Shown here piece by piece: positions 1 through 8,522 of a stretch of DNA of 60,095 nucleotides. The first letter of the stretch is position 1; each line of letters starts with the position of its first letter. The position numbers and the translations under genes are program-made. This DNA comes from Flavobacterium sp. (GTDB lineage Bacteria; Bacteroidota; Bacteroidia; Flavobacteriales; Flavobacteriaceae). The notes under the pieces were generated by a model. The model searched no databases. It saw only the letters and a program-made list of their open reading frames with translations, and was not told where the DNA came from. The DNA lies in the NCBI GenBank assembly GCA_039933615.1, contig JBDTNT010000169.1, forward strand, positions 1-60,095. Direction: 5' to 3'.

Positions 1-56
1 TCAGATAGTTTTTGAAATAAATAAAATAAAAATCAAATTTAGGTTCCTGTAATTTA

Positions 57-133
57 TGTGGTAAAGTGAAAAATAAAATCAAGTTTACCACAGAAAGTGT
101 GGTAAAATGAAAATAAAAATCAAATTTACCACA
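57..133. repeat. Two tandem copies (41 bp period) of the inverted repeat TGTGGTAAA-N18-TTTACCACA
   Basis: Arms at 57-65/84-92 and 98-106/125-133. The spacers are near-identical A-rich 18-mers, and a partial spacer-like copy lies at ~21-41. Confidence 0.85.
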
Positions 134-162
134 ACAATAAAAATTAAAAAAAGATAAAAAGG

Positions 163-327
163 ATGACAAAAAAAGAAATTAAAAATGATAATAATGAAGT
201 TATTGCCTTATTTAAATCAAATGCAATAATTGAAGGAAATATTGTAAAGATAGCGGTCGAAGAATTTTACAATTTTACTTATTTAGACAAAGAAAAATAC
301 GGTCAATTTAATCAACGCTTTGTATGA
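163..327 (+). CDS. Small hypothetical ORF (54 aa), possibly a gene remnant
   Basis: Manual translation MTKKEIKNDNNEVIALFKSNAIIEGNIVKIAVEEFYNFTYLDKEKYGQFNQRFV*; shorter than any ORF in the supplied track; no recognisable motif. Confidence 0.3.
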   Translation: MTKKEIKNDNNEVIALFKSNAIIEGNIVKIAVEEFYNFTYLDKEKYGQFNQRFV

Positions 328-363
328 TTTCAACAATGCCTCACTTCTTTTAACTAAAATAAA

Positions 364-1161
364 TTAAGTTAAGACAACCTCGTCACCAACCCGAATAATC
401 CCATTATTTAAAGCCACAATATTAGTTCCGAATAAGACTGAGTTACCCACATTTCTATATTTACTTAAGGTTTTCAAAGGCTCTTTTTTCACAATTGCTT
501 TCTGCGGATCATTATTGACCATGATACATCTTCCGCAGGGTTTTATGTTTTTAAATTGTACTTCTCCGATTTTAAAGGTGTCAAAATCGTCTTCTTCATG
601 TGCAGTACAACTGCTAATTACAATATTGGGACGGAATCTTAAAACAGTGATTTTATCTTCCAGTTTTTCATTCAGGAAATCAAGACTTTCTGTTCCTGTC
701 AGTAAGTACGGATAACCATCTGCAAGACTTACATTGAATGTTTCTTTCAATTTTGAACTTTCATGTTTGCGGTCTCCAATTTTAATGATTTTGACTAATT
801 TGCATTCAAAACCTAAATGTTTGCTAAACCATTTTGAAGTCGTTTTACTTACTTCCACAACTTCACTTTTATCATCCCAAACAGTAGTTTCGATTGGAAA
901 ATCTAAATGCTCTTCTATTGAAAATTCATGTTTTTTATCTTCGAAAGTGATGCTGATTTTACCATTTGAAATCTGGGGATAAAACTGACTCATAACAGGA
1001 TATTCACGCTGCGTTACAAGTTGGTTTTCAGCATCAATTATCATCCACCTGCGATCATTTTCAAATCCCATTTCTTCTGCGAAAGCTTCCTTGCAGCTAA
1101 TACCCGCCAGGCTTTTTACCGGATAGATATAAATTTCTTTTACCACATAAATTGCACTCAT
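364..1161 (-). CDS. MOSC domain protein (YcbX/mARC-like)
   Basis: IYPVKS, DRRW, DGYP, RFRPNIV and PCGRC motifs; ATG at 1161 (alternative GTG at 1170). Confidence 0.9.
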   Translation of the reverse strand: MSAIYVVKEIYIYPVKSLAGISCKEAFAEEMGFENDRRWMIIDAENQLVTQREYPVMSQFYPQISNGKISITFEDKKHEFSIEEHLDFPIETTVWDDKSEVVEVSKTTSKWFSKHLGFECKLVKIIKIGDRKHESSKLKETFNVSLADGYPYLLTGTESLDFLNEKLEDKITVLRFRPNIVISSCTAHEEDDFDTFKIGEVQFKNIKPCGRCIMVNNDPQKAIVKKEPLKTLSKYRNVGNSVLFGTNIVALNNGIIRVGDEVVLT

Positions 1162-1162
1162 C

Positions 1163-1801
1163 TTACTCACTTTTTAAAATAGACATAAATGCTGTCCGAT
1201 CAATTTCGCAACAGCCCAAACTTTCTAAATGCGGATTATAAACCTGACAATCCAAAAGTTTATAATTATTCTTTCTTAAATACTCAACCAAAGCAATAAA
1301 GGCAACTTTTGAAGCATTTGATACTTTTGAAAACATACTTTCTCCGCAGAAAACATTTCCCATATCGATTCCGTATAATCCTCCAACCAAAACCTCATCC
1401 TGCCAAACCTCAACAGATTTTGCTACTCCGATTTCGTGGAGATTGCAATATGCATCAATCATTTCATTAGAAATCCAGGTTCCGCTCTGACCCTCTCTTT
1501 TTATTTTCTGGCAATTCGAAATGACCTCTTTAAAATTTTGATTAAAGCTGACTTTAAACTGATTTCTGTTCAGAATGTTCCGCATACTTTTAGATACAAT
1601 CAGTTCGTCTAAGAACAAAACCATTCTTGGATCCGGTGACCACCAAATAATTGGCTCTCCTTCATTAAACCAGGGAAAAATACCGCTTTTGTAAGCCAAG
1701 TGCAAACGTTCCGGGCTCAGATCACCACCAATAGCAAGAATTCCTTCTTCATCGGTTTCTGAAACTGGCGGGAAAAACAAATCTTCGGATACGTAATACA
1801 T
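1163..1801 (-). CDS. aat: Leucyl/phenylalanyl-tRNA--protein transferase
   Basis: GGDLSPERL, AY..GIFPW, WWSPDPR, GESMFS and ASKVA motifs; start moved to MYYVSED. Confidence 0.95.
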   Translation of the reverse strand: MYYVSEDLFFPPVSETDEEGILAIGGDLSPERLHLAYKSGIFPWFNEGEPIIWWSPDPRMVLFLDELIVSKSMRNILNRNQFKVSFNQNFKEVISNCQKIKREGQSGTWISNEMIDAYCNLHEIGVAKSVEVWQDEVLVGGLYGIDMGNVFCGESMFSKVSNASKVAFIALVEYLRKNNYKLLDCQVYNPHLESLGCCEIDRTAFMSILKSE

Positions 1802-1955
1802 ATTTATAAAAAATTCAATCAAAAAATTCCAAACAAAAAACTTTGCAATAAAGTAAATCAAGGATTAAAATACAAAAAATTCCAAATTCCAAATGCACGT
1901 TAATGAATCAGAATTTGGAATTTAAAATTTCGGGATTAACCTTTGAATTTAACTT

Positions 1956-2327
1956 TTAGAAAGGTAAATCGTCCGGTTCGTCTTCGTTTAAGTTTGTAGC
2001 AGGAGCAAAAGCTTCTGCAGCTGGCATTGGCGGAGCTTGTGAAGGAGCTTCAGCACTTGCTCTTTCGATTCTCCAACCTTGGATACTATTGAAATACTTA
2101 GTTTCTCCTTGTGGATTAACCCATTCTCTTCCTCTTAAATTGATAGAAACTTTTACTGCCTCTCCTTGCTTATAGCTACTTAACAAATCGCATTTATCTT
2201 GTGTAAATTCGATTAAAATATGTTGTGGATATTGCTCATCAGTAGTAACAACTAATTCTCTTTTTTTGAATGAGGCACTAACTTGTTGCTCTGGGTTAAC
2301 CACTTTTACTTTTCCTGTAACTTCCAT
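1956..2327 (-). CDS. DUF3127 family OB-fold protein with an SSB-like acidic tail
   Basis: FKKRELVV..EQYPQ, NLRGREW, YFNSIQGWRI; C-terminus EPDDLPF. Confidence 0.85.
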   Translation of the reverse strand: MEVTGKVKVVNPEQQVSASFKKRELVVTTDEQYPQHILIEFTQDKCDLLSSYKQGEAVKVSINLRGREWVNPQGETKYFNSIQGWRIERASAEAPSQAPPMPAAEAFAPATNLNEDEPDDLPF

Positions 2328-2357
2328 CTTCGTTTATATTAATTATTGATTCTTTTC

Positions 2358-3233
2358 TTATTTTTTTGCTAAAAGTACTTTCCATGCCGACTGAATATCA
2401 TCATCGTTGAGATATTTTTTGGCCTCCAAATGTACTTTTTCCTGATCATCGGAGCTTAGAACTCCTTTTACTGAAAAATTTTCTTTCACAAATATACTAA
2501 CTTCTTCCTTTGTAGGCAAGGCTTCAATATTTCCTAATTTACCAAGATCATTTCCGTTAAAAACAGGGCTTTCTCTGATAAAATTTGGAATCACATCTAC
2601 TCCAACCCCTAAAGTGGTAAGTGGTTTTGGCACTTCAAAAAGTCCCTGGTTCGACCTGGAATACCAATTACTTCCCAATCTGGAGACCAAATCAATTTTA
2701 TGCTGGTCAATAGCGCCATTTTCATCTAAAACAGATTCGTGAATATGAATTTTGACCACTTCACACAGAATCAGGTTTCCTGCTCCTCCTTCGGTTCCCA
2801 GCGGAATAATCTGCGTGACTTTGCATTCAAATTGTACCGGAGATTCTTTTACACGATATGGTTTTACGAGATCTGACGGAATTTGCGTTAAACCTGCCTT
2901 GATAAATTCGTTTACACCATCTCCATATTCGGTACTGGCTAAAGAAGTTTGCTGTACAATATCATAATTGACCACATTTATCACCACTTCACGGGTTGCT
3001 TCGGCATTGATAAGAGTGTGTTTGACCGTATTGTCCCGAACGCGGCGGGCGGGCGAAAAAATCAGGATTGGCGGATTGGCACTAAACACATTAAAGAAAC
3101 TGAACGGTGACAAATTAGGGATTCCTTTTGCACTGATTGTACTCGCAAAAGCAATTGGCCTCGGCCCAATGGCGCTCTGCAGATAACCGTGCAATTTTGC
3201 CGTCGGAATTTCTTTTGGGTTAATGCTGATCAT
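2358..3233 (-). CDS. Flavin reductase-like FMN-binding protein
   Basis: PRPIAFAST, NLSPFSFFN, ESPVQFEC and RLG..WY motifs. Confidence 0.9.
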   Translation of the reverse strand: MISINPKEIPTAKLHGYLQSAIGPRPIAFASTISAKGIPNLSPFSFFNVFSANPPILIFSPARRVRDNTVKHTLINAEATREVVINVVNYDIVQQTSLASTEYGDGVNEFIKAGLTQIPSDLVKPYRVKESPVQFECKVTQIIPLGTEGGAGNLILCEVVKIHIHESVLDENGAIDQHKIDLVSRLGSNWYSRSNQGLFEVPKPLTTLGVGVDVIPNFIRESPVFNGNDLGKLGNIEALPTKEEVSIFVKENFSVKGVLSSDDQEKVHLEAKKYLNDDDIQSAWKVLLAKK

Positions 3234-3393
3234 ATTTTTCCTTTTTAGCCGAATCTCTTTCCGGCGACTACAAAAGTATAGAAATCGTTACTGACAAAGA
3301 AATAGTTTTAGATTTAAAAACAAAAAATCTTTAGGGGTTCACAAAATATTAAATGTGTTTATTTCGTTATATTTATACCTCAAAATTTAAGTT

Positions 3394-4551
3394 ATGTTTT
3401 TTTCTGACAGAAGAAATACTACCCGTTGGGTCATCATCAGCATCTCCTTTTTAATCATTTCCCTGATTCTCTGGAACACTTATACCTTTTTTCAAATTTT
3501 CAAAAATGAAGAAAGGATAAAAATGAAGCTTCTTGCAAATGCACAGATTGCATTAATTAACGCTGATGAGAATACGGACCTCGAACTTCCGCTTCAGATT
3601 TCCAGCAACAATACTTCAATTCCGGTGATCCTGACTATGTACAACAAGATTCTGACCACCAGAAATGTCCCGGAAACAATCTTACAGGACGAAAAAAAAT
3701 CGACATCGTTTTTGAATAAGCTAAAAAATGAAAATGAACCGATTGTCTTTGAATATGCTCCCGGAAAATATCAGAAACTGTATTATGGAAACTCCGAATT
3801 ACTTAATAAGCTTAAATATTATCCGATTGCTTTATTACTGATTATCTTTTTGTTTGGTGCCCTTATTTACAATTTCTACAAAAGCACCAAAATGGCTATT
3901 CAAAATAAGCTTTGGGCCGGAATGGCAAAAGAAACCGCACATCAGATTGGGACACCATTGTCTTCGTTAATTGGCTGGGTTGAAATTTTAAAAACAGAAG
4001 AAATAGATCAATCGATTACTTCTGAAATCGAAAAAGATGTGGATCGTCTTCAGACTATTACAGATCGTTTTTCAAAAATCGGATCTGTGCCTGTACTGGA
4101 AATTCACGATATTGTTACCGAGACTATAAACAGTTATCAGTATTTACAGTCCCGTTTCTCCAAACAGGTTGCTTTTTCACATCATATTCCACATGAACCA
4201 ATTTTAGCTTTGATAAACCCAATTTTACATAGCTGGACGATCGAAAATCTGGTGAAAAACGCCATTGATGCTATGAAAGGAAAAGGAACTTTAGACCTTA
4301 AAATTGAGCAGGACAACCATCATGTAAAAATAATTGTGAAGGATTCTGGTACCGGAATTCCAAAAAACCAGTTCAAAACCATCTTTGAACCCGGTTATAC
4401 CACCAAAAAGCGCGGTTGGGGACTGGGACTTTCCCTTACTAAAAGAATCGTAGAGGAATACCATAACGGAAAGATAAAAGTTTTACATTCTGAATTAGGG
4501 AAAGGCACTACTTTTCAGATTCAATTAAATAAAAAAGTGCAGCAAAAATAA
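3394..4551 (+). CDS. porY: Orphan membrane sensor histidine kinase, PorY-like
   Basis: Two TM segments; H-box ETAHQIGTPLSSL, N-box ENLVKNAIDA, G1 DSGTGI, G2 GWGLGL. The porY name rests on the recalled H-box signature and size. Confidence 0.75.
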   Translation: MFFSDRRNTTRWVIISISFLIISLILWNTYTFFQIFKNEERIKMKLLANAQIALINADENTDLELPLQISSNNTSIPVILTMYNKILTTRNVPETILQDEKKSTSFLNKLKNENEPIVFEYAPGKYQKLYYGNSELLNKLKYYPIALLLIIFLFGALIYNFYKSTKMAIQNKLWAGMAKETAHQIGTPLSSLIGWVEILKTEEIDQSITSEIEKDVDRLQTITDRFSKIGSVPVLEIHDIVTETINSYQYLQSRFSKQVAFSHHIPHEPILALINPILHSWTIENLVKNAIDAMKGKGTLDLKIEQDNHHVKIIVKDSGTGIPKNQFKTIFEPGYTTKKRGWGLGLSLTKRIVEEYHNGKIKVLHSELGKGTTFQIQLNKKVQQK

Positions 4552-4566
4552 TTTTACTGCACTTTT
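4531..4566. terminator. Bidirectional intrinsic terminator
   Basis: AAAAGTGCAG...CTGCACTTTT between convergent kinase and HIT genes. Confidence 0.7.
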
Positions 4567-4586
4567 ATATGTTTGTAAACGAACTA

Positions 4587-4976
4587 CTATAAATTCGCCT
4601 GAATATTTTTTGCCAAAGCTTCAAATTCTTCTTTGGAAAGTGATACTTTATTCTGAAAACGCATTTCATCCATTTCGTTTAACGGAATTAAATGTACGTG
4701 TGCATGAGGCACTTCCAAACCGACAACTGCCATTCCGACTCTCTTGCAGGGAACCGTTTTTTCTAAAGCAATTGCAATTTTCTTAGAAAATTTCATAAGG
4801 CCCAGATACAGCTCATCATCCATCTCAAAAATCTTGTTGATTTCCTGTTTTGGAATACAAAGCGTATGTCCTTTTGCATTTGGATTTACATCTAAAAAAG
4901 CAAGATAATTATCGTCTTCAGCAATTTTATAAGCTGGAATTTCTCCGTTAACTATTTTGGTGAATATAGTGCTCAT
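4587..4976 (-). CDS. HIT family nucleotide hydrolase
   Basis: IFTKIV.GEIP N-terminus and HAHVHLI triad. Confidence 0.95.
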   Translation of the reverse strand: MSTIFTKIVNGEIPAYKIAEDDNYLAFLDVNPNAKGHTLCIPKQEINKIFEMDDELYLGLMKFSKKIAIALEKTVPCKRVGMAVVGLEVPHAHVHLIPLNEMDEMRFQNKVSLSKEEFEALAKNIQANL

Positions 4977-5042
4977 TGTTTATTCGTTTATTTGGTTAAT
5001 CGTTTAACCGACTGCACGGTTAAACAGTTAAACTTAAAAAAA

Positions 5043-5519
5043 TTAGTCTCTTGAAATTTCAAGAATTTCAAATTTCAAAACACCATTTGGTACCGTTATT
5101 TCTGCTACTTCTCCAACTGATTTTCCAAGTAAACCTTTTCCAATAGGAGAAGTTACCGAAATTTTTCCGGTTTTAAGATCCGCTTCACTCTCCGCAACTA
5201 ACGTATATTTCATTTCCATTCCGTTGCCCTGGTTCTTGATTTTAACATTCGAAAGAACTAATGCTTTGGAAACATCTAATTGTGATTCGTCTATTAATCT
5301 GGCATTTGAATATACTTCTTCTAATTTGGCAATTCGCATTTCCAACAATCCCTGAGCTTCTTTAGCCGCATCATATTCTGCATTTTCAGATAAATCACCT
5401 TTGTCTCTTGCTTCCGCTATATCCTGAGATGCCTTTGGGCGCATTACACTTTTTAAATGCTCCAACTCATCTTTTAATTTTTTTAATCCTTCTGCTGTAT
5501 AATAAGATACTTTACTCAT
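5043..5519 (-). CDS. greA: Transcription elongation factor GreA
   Basis: GDLSENAEYDAAKE and ISVTSPIGKGLLGK motifs. Confidence 0.97.
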   Translation of the reverse strand: MSKVSYYTAEGLKKLKDELEHLKSVMRPKASQDIAEARDKGDLSENAEYDAAKEAQGLLEMRIAKLEEVYSNARLIDESQLDVSKALVLSNVKIKNQGNGMEMKYTLVAESEADLKTGKISVTSPIGKGLLGKSVGEVAEITVPNGVLKFEILEISRD

Positions 5520-5540
5520 AACTTCATCGTTTATATAAAT

Positions 5541-5582
5541 ACAAAAAATCCCATCGGAACGGGATTTCTTATTACAAATATA
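5541..5582 (-). promoter_or_regulatory. greA promoter (-7 TATATTTG) followed by a terminator-like leader hairpin
   Basis: TAnnTTTG at 5582-5575; hairpin AAATCCCGT-TCCG-ATGGGATTT then TTTGT before the ATG at 5519. Confidence 0.65.
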
Positions 5583-5674
5583 CTATTATTTTTTATAGTA
5601 CATAATTATATGTTAATCATATAGATTTCAAATCTAAATAATTTAATTTTGTTTCACTAATTCATATTAAAATA

Positions 5675-6088
5675 ATGAAAAAATTCTGGTTTTTAACCCT
5701 GTTTATTTCTGTACTATTCTCTTGCAGCGATAGTGGTAACAGCAATAAGAATCCGTACATACCAAGCTACTCTGTTAATCTGTCTGTAAACATGAGTCTG
5801 CCTGCGTATTCGGATCTTAAATTTCCAAGTAATGGAGTTATTGTACCCGGTTTTGGGGCAAAAGGGATTATTATATTTAACACCGGAAGCGGTTATACTG
5901 CTTTTGATGCGGCATGTCCTAATCAGGAACTGACTTCATGCATTGCAATGACTATTAAGGGAGTTAACGCCGTTTGTTCCTGCGATAAAATCGAATATAG
6001 CCTGTTTACGGGTCTTGGAGGAAAAGAATATCCACTGAAACAGTATAAAGTTTCGGTAAACGGAAGTTTGATTAATGTTTATAATTAG
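5675..6088 (+). CDS. Lipoprotein with a degenerate Rieske-like fold
   Basis: Lipobox LFSC; AFDAACPN...VCSCD...YSLFTG...PLKQY.V pattern resembles Rieske domains without the His ligands. Confidence 0.7.
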   Translation: MKKFWFLTLFISVLFSCSDSGNSNKNPYIPSYSVNLSVNMSLPAYSDLKFPSNGVIVPGFGAKGIIIFNTGSGYTAFDAACPNQELTSCIAMTIKGVNAVCSCDKIEYSLFTGLGGKEYPLKQYKVSVNGSLINVYN

Positions 6089-6091
6089 AAT

Positions 6092-6128
6092 AAAAAAGCC
6101 TGAAAGTTTTAAATTTTCAGGCTTTTTT
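6092..6128. terminator. Bidirectional intrinsic terminator
   Basis: AAAAAAGCCTGAAA...TTTCAGGCTTTTTT between convergent genes. Confidence 0.8.
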
Positions 6129-6142
6129 GTCTTTTGAATATA

Positions 6143-8296
6143 TTAGAATTTTAATGTCAGTCCAAGGAGAAAATTAATTCCTGCCTGCGGATAATAGTAC
6201 GGATATACATCATACATCGCTCCGTTTGACACGTATTTTTTGTCCAGAAAGTTATTGACCAAACCTGTTACCATAATTGATTTGAAAACAGTTTTTGGTT
6301 TTATTTCATAGGAAACATTCAGATCATTCACAAAATAATCAGCCAGTTTGGCTTCCGGCAATTCGATATTATTCATGTATTGTTCCCCAACAAATTTCTG
6401 TAATAACGAAAGGTGCAGACTCTCAATCGGACTGTAGACAATAATATTCCCGGCAATAACTGACGGAGAATAAGCAATATCTTTTGTTCCATAATTTTGA
6501 CCTTCAACAGCTAAATCTACATTTTTATTACTGCTTAATGTAAAGTTAGGACGCAGTATGATTTTTTCTGAAAGCACAATTGTAGCATCGACTTCAAGAC
6601 CTGAACGATAGCTTTTTTCGCTGTTAGAGCGAATCGGAGCCCCAACGTCGTCTAATCTTCCTGTCAGAATCAATTGATCCTTGTACCCCATATAATACAG
6701 GTTTGAATTCAATTGGAATTTTTCTGAGTTGAATCTCCAGCCTAATTCAAAATCATTTAATTTTTCCGGTTTTACATTCCCACCTTCGTAATCTGTCCTG
6801 TTGGGTTCCCGATTGGCTCTTGCGTAAGAAAAATACAAAGTGCTTTTTTGATTGATTTCATAATTTAAACCTGCTTTTGGATTAAAGAAATTAAATTGAT
6901 CGTCTACTAAACCGGTATCGTAACTATTGGCTTTATACGTCACTCTTCTGTATTGTAAATCTCCGTAGAAACTTAATTTCTCGGTGAATTGATAATTTGC
7001 CTTTGCAAAAATATTTCCATCTGTTTTTGCTGAATAATCATCGTAATAATGATCTCCTAATTCCGATTGGGAAGCATATCTTGCCCAGATCACTTTTCCG
7101 AAATGATCACCTTCATATTTATTCCAGCCTCCGCCAAAAATAACATCCAGCTTTTCCTCTTTATATTTCACAGAAAAAGTAGTCCCGTAAAAATCATTAT
7201 CCAACCATTTCTGACGCACTAAATCGGTTGTTGTTACAGCGCCTACAGGATTTAAATTGTAATCGGCCATATCAGCATCTTCTTTGTAATTTTCGTAATA
7301 TCCCTTTCCTTTTGTATAATGAAAGGCTAAGTTTGTGCTCCACTTATCAGAAAAAGACTCATTCCAATGCAATTGGTAATGATCCTGTTTGTAATTATCC
7401 GTTTCATTATCATAATAACGGGTAACACCTGCTTCATCTTTATATGCTCCGGCAGAATTGTAAGTACGATTTTCATTTAAAGTTTCAGCATCAATTCCAT
7501 TCCAGGATTGATATGTTTTCTCCGTTCCTCCAAAAACCAGGGCTTTGATTAAAGTCGTTTTACCAACATAAGTTCCTTGTAAAAAATAAGATTTTAGATC
7601 TGAACTTCCTCTGTCAATGTATCCATCAGATTTTATGGCAGACAGACGCCCCGCAATTTCAAAATGATCGTTTAGCAAACCGGTACTAAATTTTACCGTA
7701 TGTTTATGAGAATTGAAACTTCCGAAAGAATTAGAAATTTCACCATTGGCTTTAGAAGCATAATTGTCTGTCAGCATGTTTAAACTTGCGCCAAAGGCTC
7801 CCGATCCATTAGTTGACGTTCCAACACCACGCTGCAACTGTAAACTTTCTACTGAAGAAGCAAAATCGGGCATATTTACCCAAAATGTCCCCTGACTTTC
7901 CGCATCATTATACGGAATTCCGTTGATGGTTACATTCACTCTTGTAGCATCGCTCCCACGTACCCGGATTCCAGTGTACCCCATACCATTTCCAGCATCT
8001 GAAGTGGTAACTACTGATGGTAAATAGTTCATTAGAATTGGAATATCCTGACCCAGATTTCTGAACTTAATATCTTTTTTATCTAAGTTACTAAAACTAA
8101 CCGGTGTTTTCGTAGTAACCCGAACTGCCGAAACCAACACATCGTCAAGCTGATTGACTTTGGTTGAATCTTTTTCCTGAGCAGAAGAAATTAGAGTGAA
8201 GAAGAAATAGAATAGAATAAAGAAAATAGATTTTTGGTTCCACTTTGAACCTTTGAAACTTAGTACCTCAGTACCTTTTTGAAAAATAGTTTTCAT
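6143..8296 (-). CDS. TonB-dependent receptor, probably for thiamine or a precursor
   Basis: TonB-box-like LDDVLVSA, plug motif IRVRGS..RVNVTINGIP, C-terminal F; sits downstream of a TPP-like riboswitch. Confidence 0.9.
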   Translation of the reverse strand: MKTIFQKGTEVLSFKGSKWNQKSIFFILFYFFFTLISSAQEKDSTKVNQLDDVLVSAVRVTTKTPVSFSNLDKKDIKFRNLGQDIPILMNYLPSVVTTSDAGNGMGYTGIRVRGSDATRVNVTINGIPYNDAESQGTFWVNMPDFASSVESLQLQRGVGTSTNGSGAFGASLNMLTDNYASKANGEISNSFGSFNSHKHTVKFSTGLLNDHFEIAGRLSAIKSDGYIDRGSSDLKSYFLQGTYVGKTTLIKALVFGGTEKTYQSWNGIDAETLNENRTYNSAGAYKDEAGVTRYYDNETDNYKQDHYQLHWNESFSDKWSTNLAFHYTKGKGYYENYKEDADMADYNLNPVGAVTTTDLVRQKWLDNDFYGTTFSVKYKEEKLDVIFGGGWNKYEGDHFGKVIWARYASQSELGDHYYDDYSAKTDGNIFAKANYQFTEKLSFYGDLQYRRVTYKANSYDTGLVDDQFNFFNPKAGLNYEINQKSTLYFSYARANREPNRTDYEGGNVKPEKLNDFELGWRFNSEKFQLNSNLYYMGYKDQLILTGRLDDVGAPIRSNSEKSYRSGLEVDATIVLSEKIILRPNFTLSSNKNVDLAVEGQNYGTKDIAYSPSVIAGNIIVYSPIESLHLSLLQKFVGEQYMNNIELPEAKLADYFVNDLNVSYEIKPKTVFKSIMVTGLVNNFLDKKYVSNGAMYDVYPYYYPQAGINFLLGLTLKF

Positions 8297-8387
8297 CCGT
8301 AAAAAAATTACGAATAAAAGGGGGAATTATTCTTTTGTTAAATTAATAAATTTGTTTCACGACAAAATATAGTGCTTACGCTAAAAC

Positions 8388-8472
8388 TGTCGTTTTTTCC
8401 CTTAGCAACATTACTTGCTCAGGTTCTTTGGGTATGATCTCAGCTCGTTATTTAGAGCACCCCTTTGAGACG
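8388..8472 (-). ncRNA. TPP riboswitch (variant P4/P5 arm)
   Basis: Minus strand reads AAAGGGGUGCUC...GAGCUGAGAUCAUACCCAAAGAACCUGAGCAAGUAAUGUUGCUAAGGGAA, with the GGGGUG, CUGAGA, UACCC, ACCUGA, UAAUG and AGGGAA landmarks. Confidence 0.88.
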
Positions 8473-8475
8473 CGA

Positions 8476-8483
8476 CAAAAGTA
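8476..8483 (-). promoter_or_regulatory. Bacteroidota -7 promoter element for the riboswitch-TBDR transcript
   Basis: TACTTTTG (TAnnTTTG) immediately 5' of the aptamer. Confidence 0.6.
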
Positions 8484-8522
8484 GTTTTTTTTGTTTAAAG
8501 TTTTATTAACGATCCAAAAAAA

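Noticed and set aside
57-133. CRISPR array
   Set aside because: Only two units, the internal sequences are near-identical rather than unique spacers, and there are no cas genes in the window.
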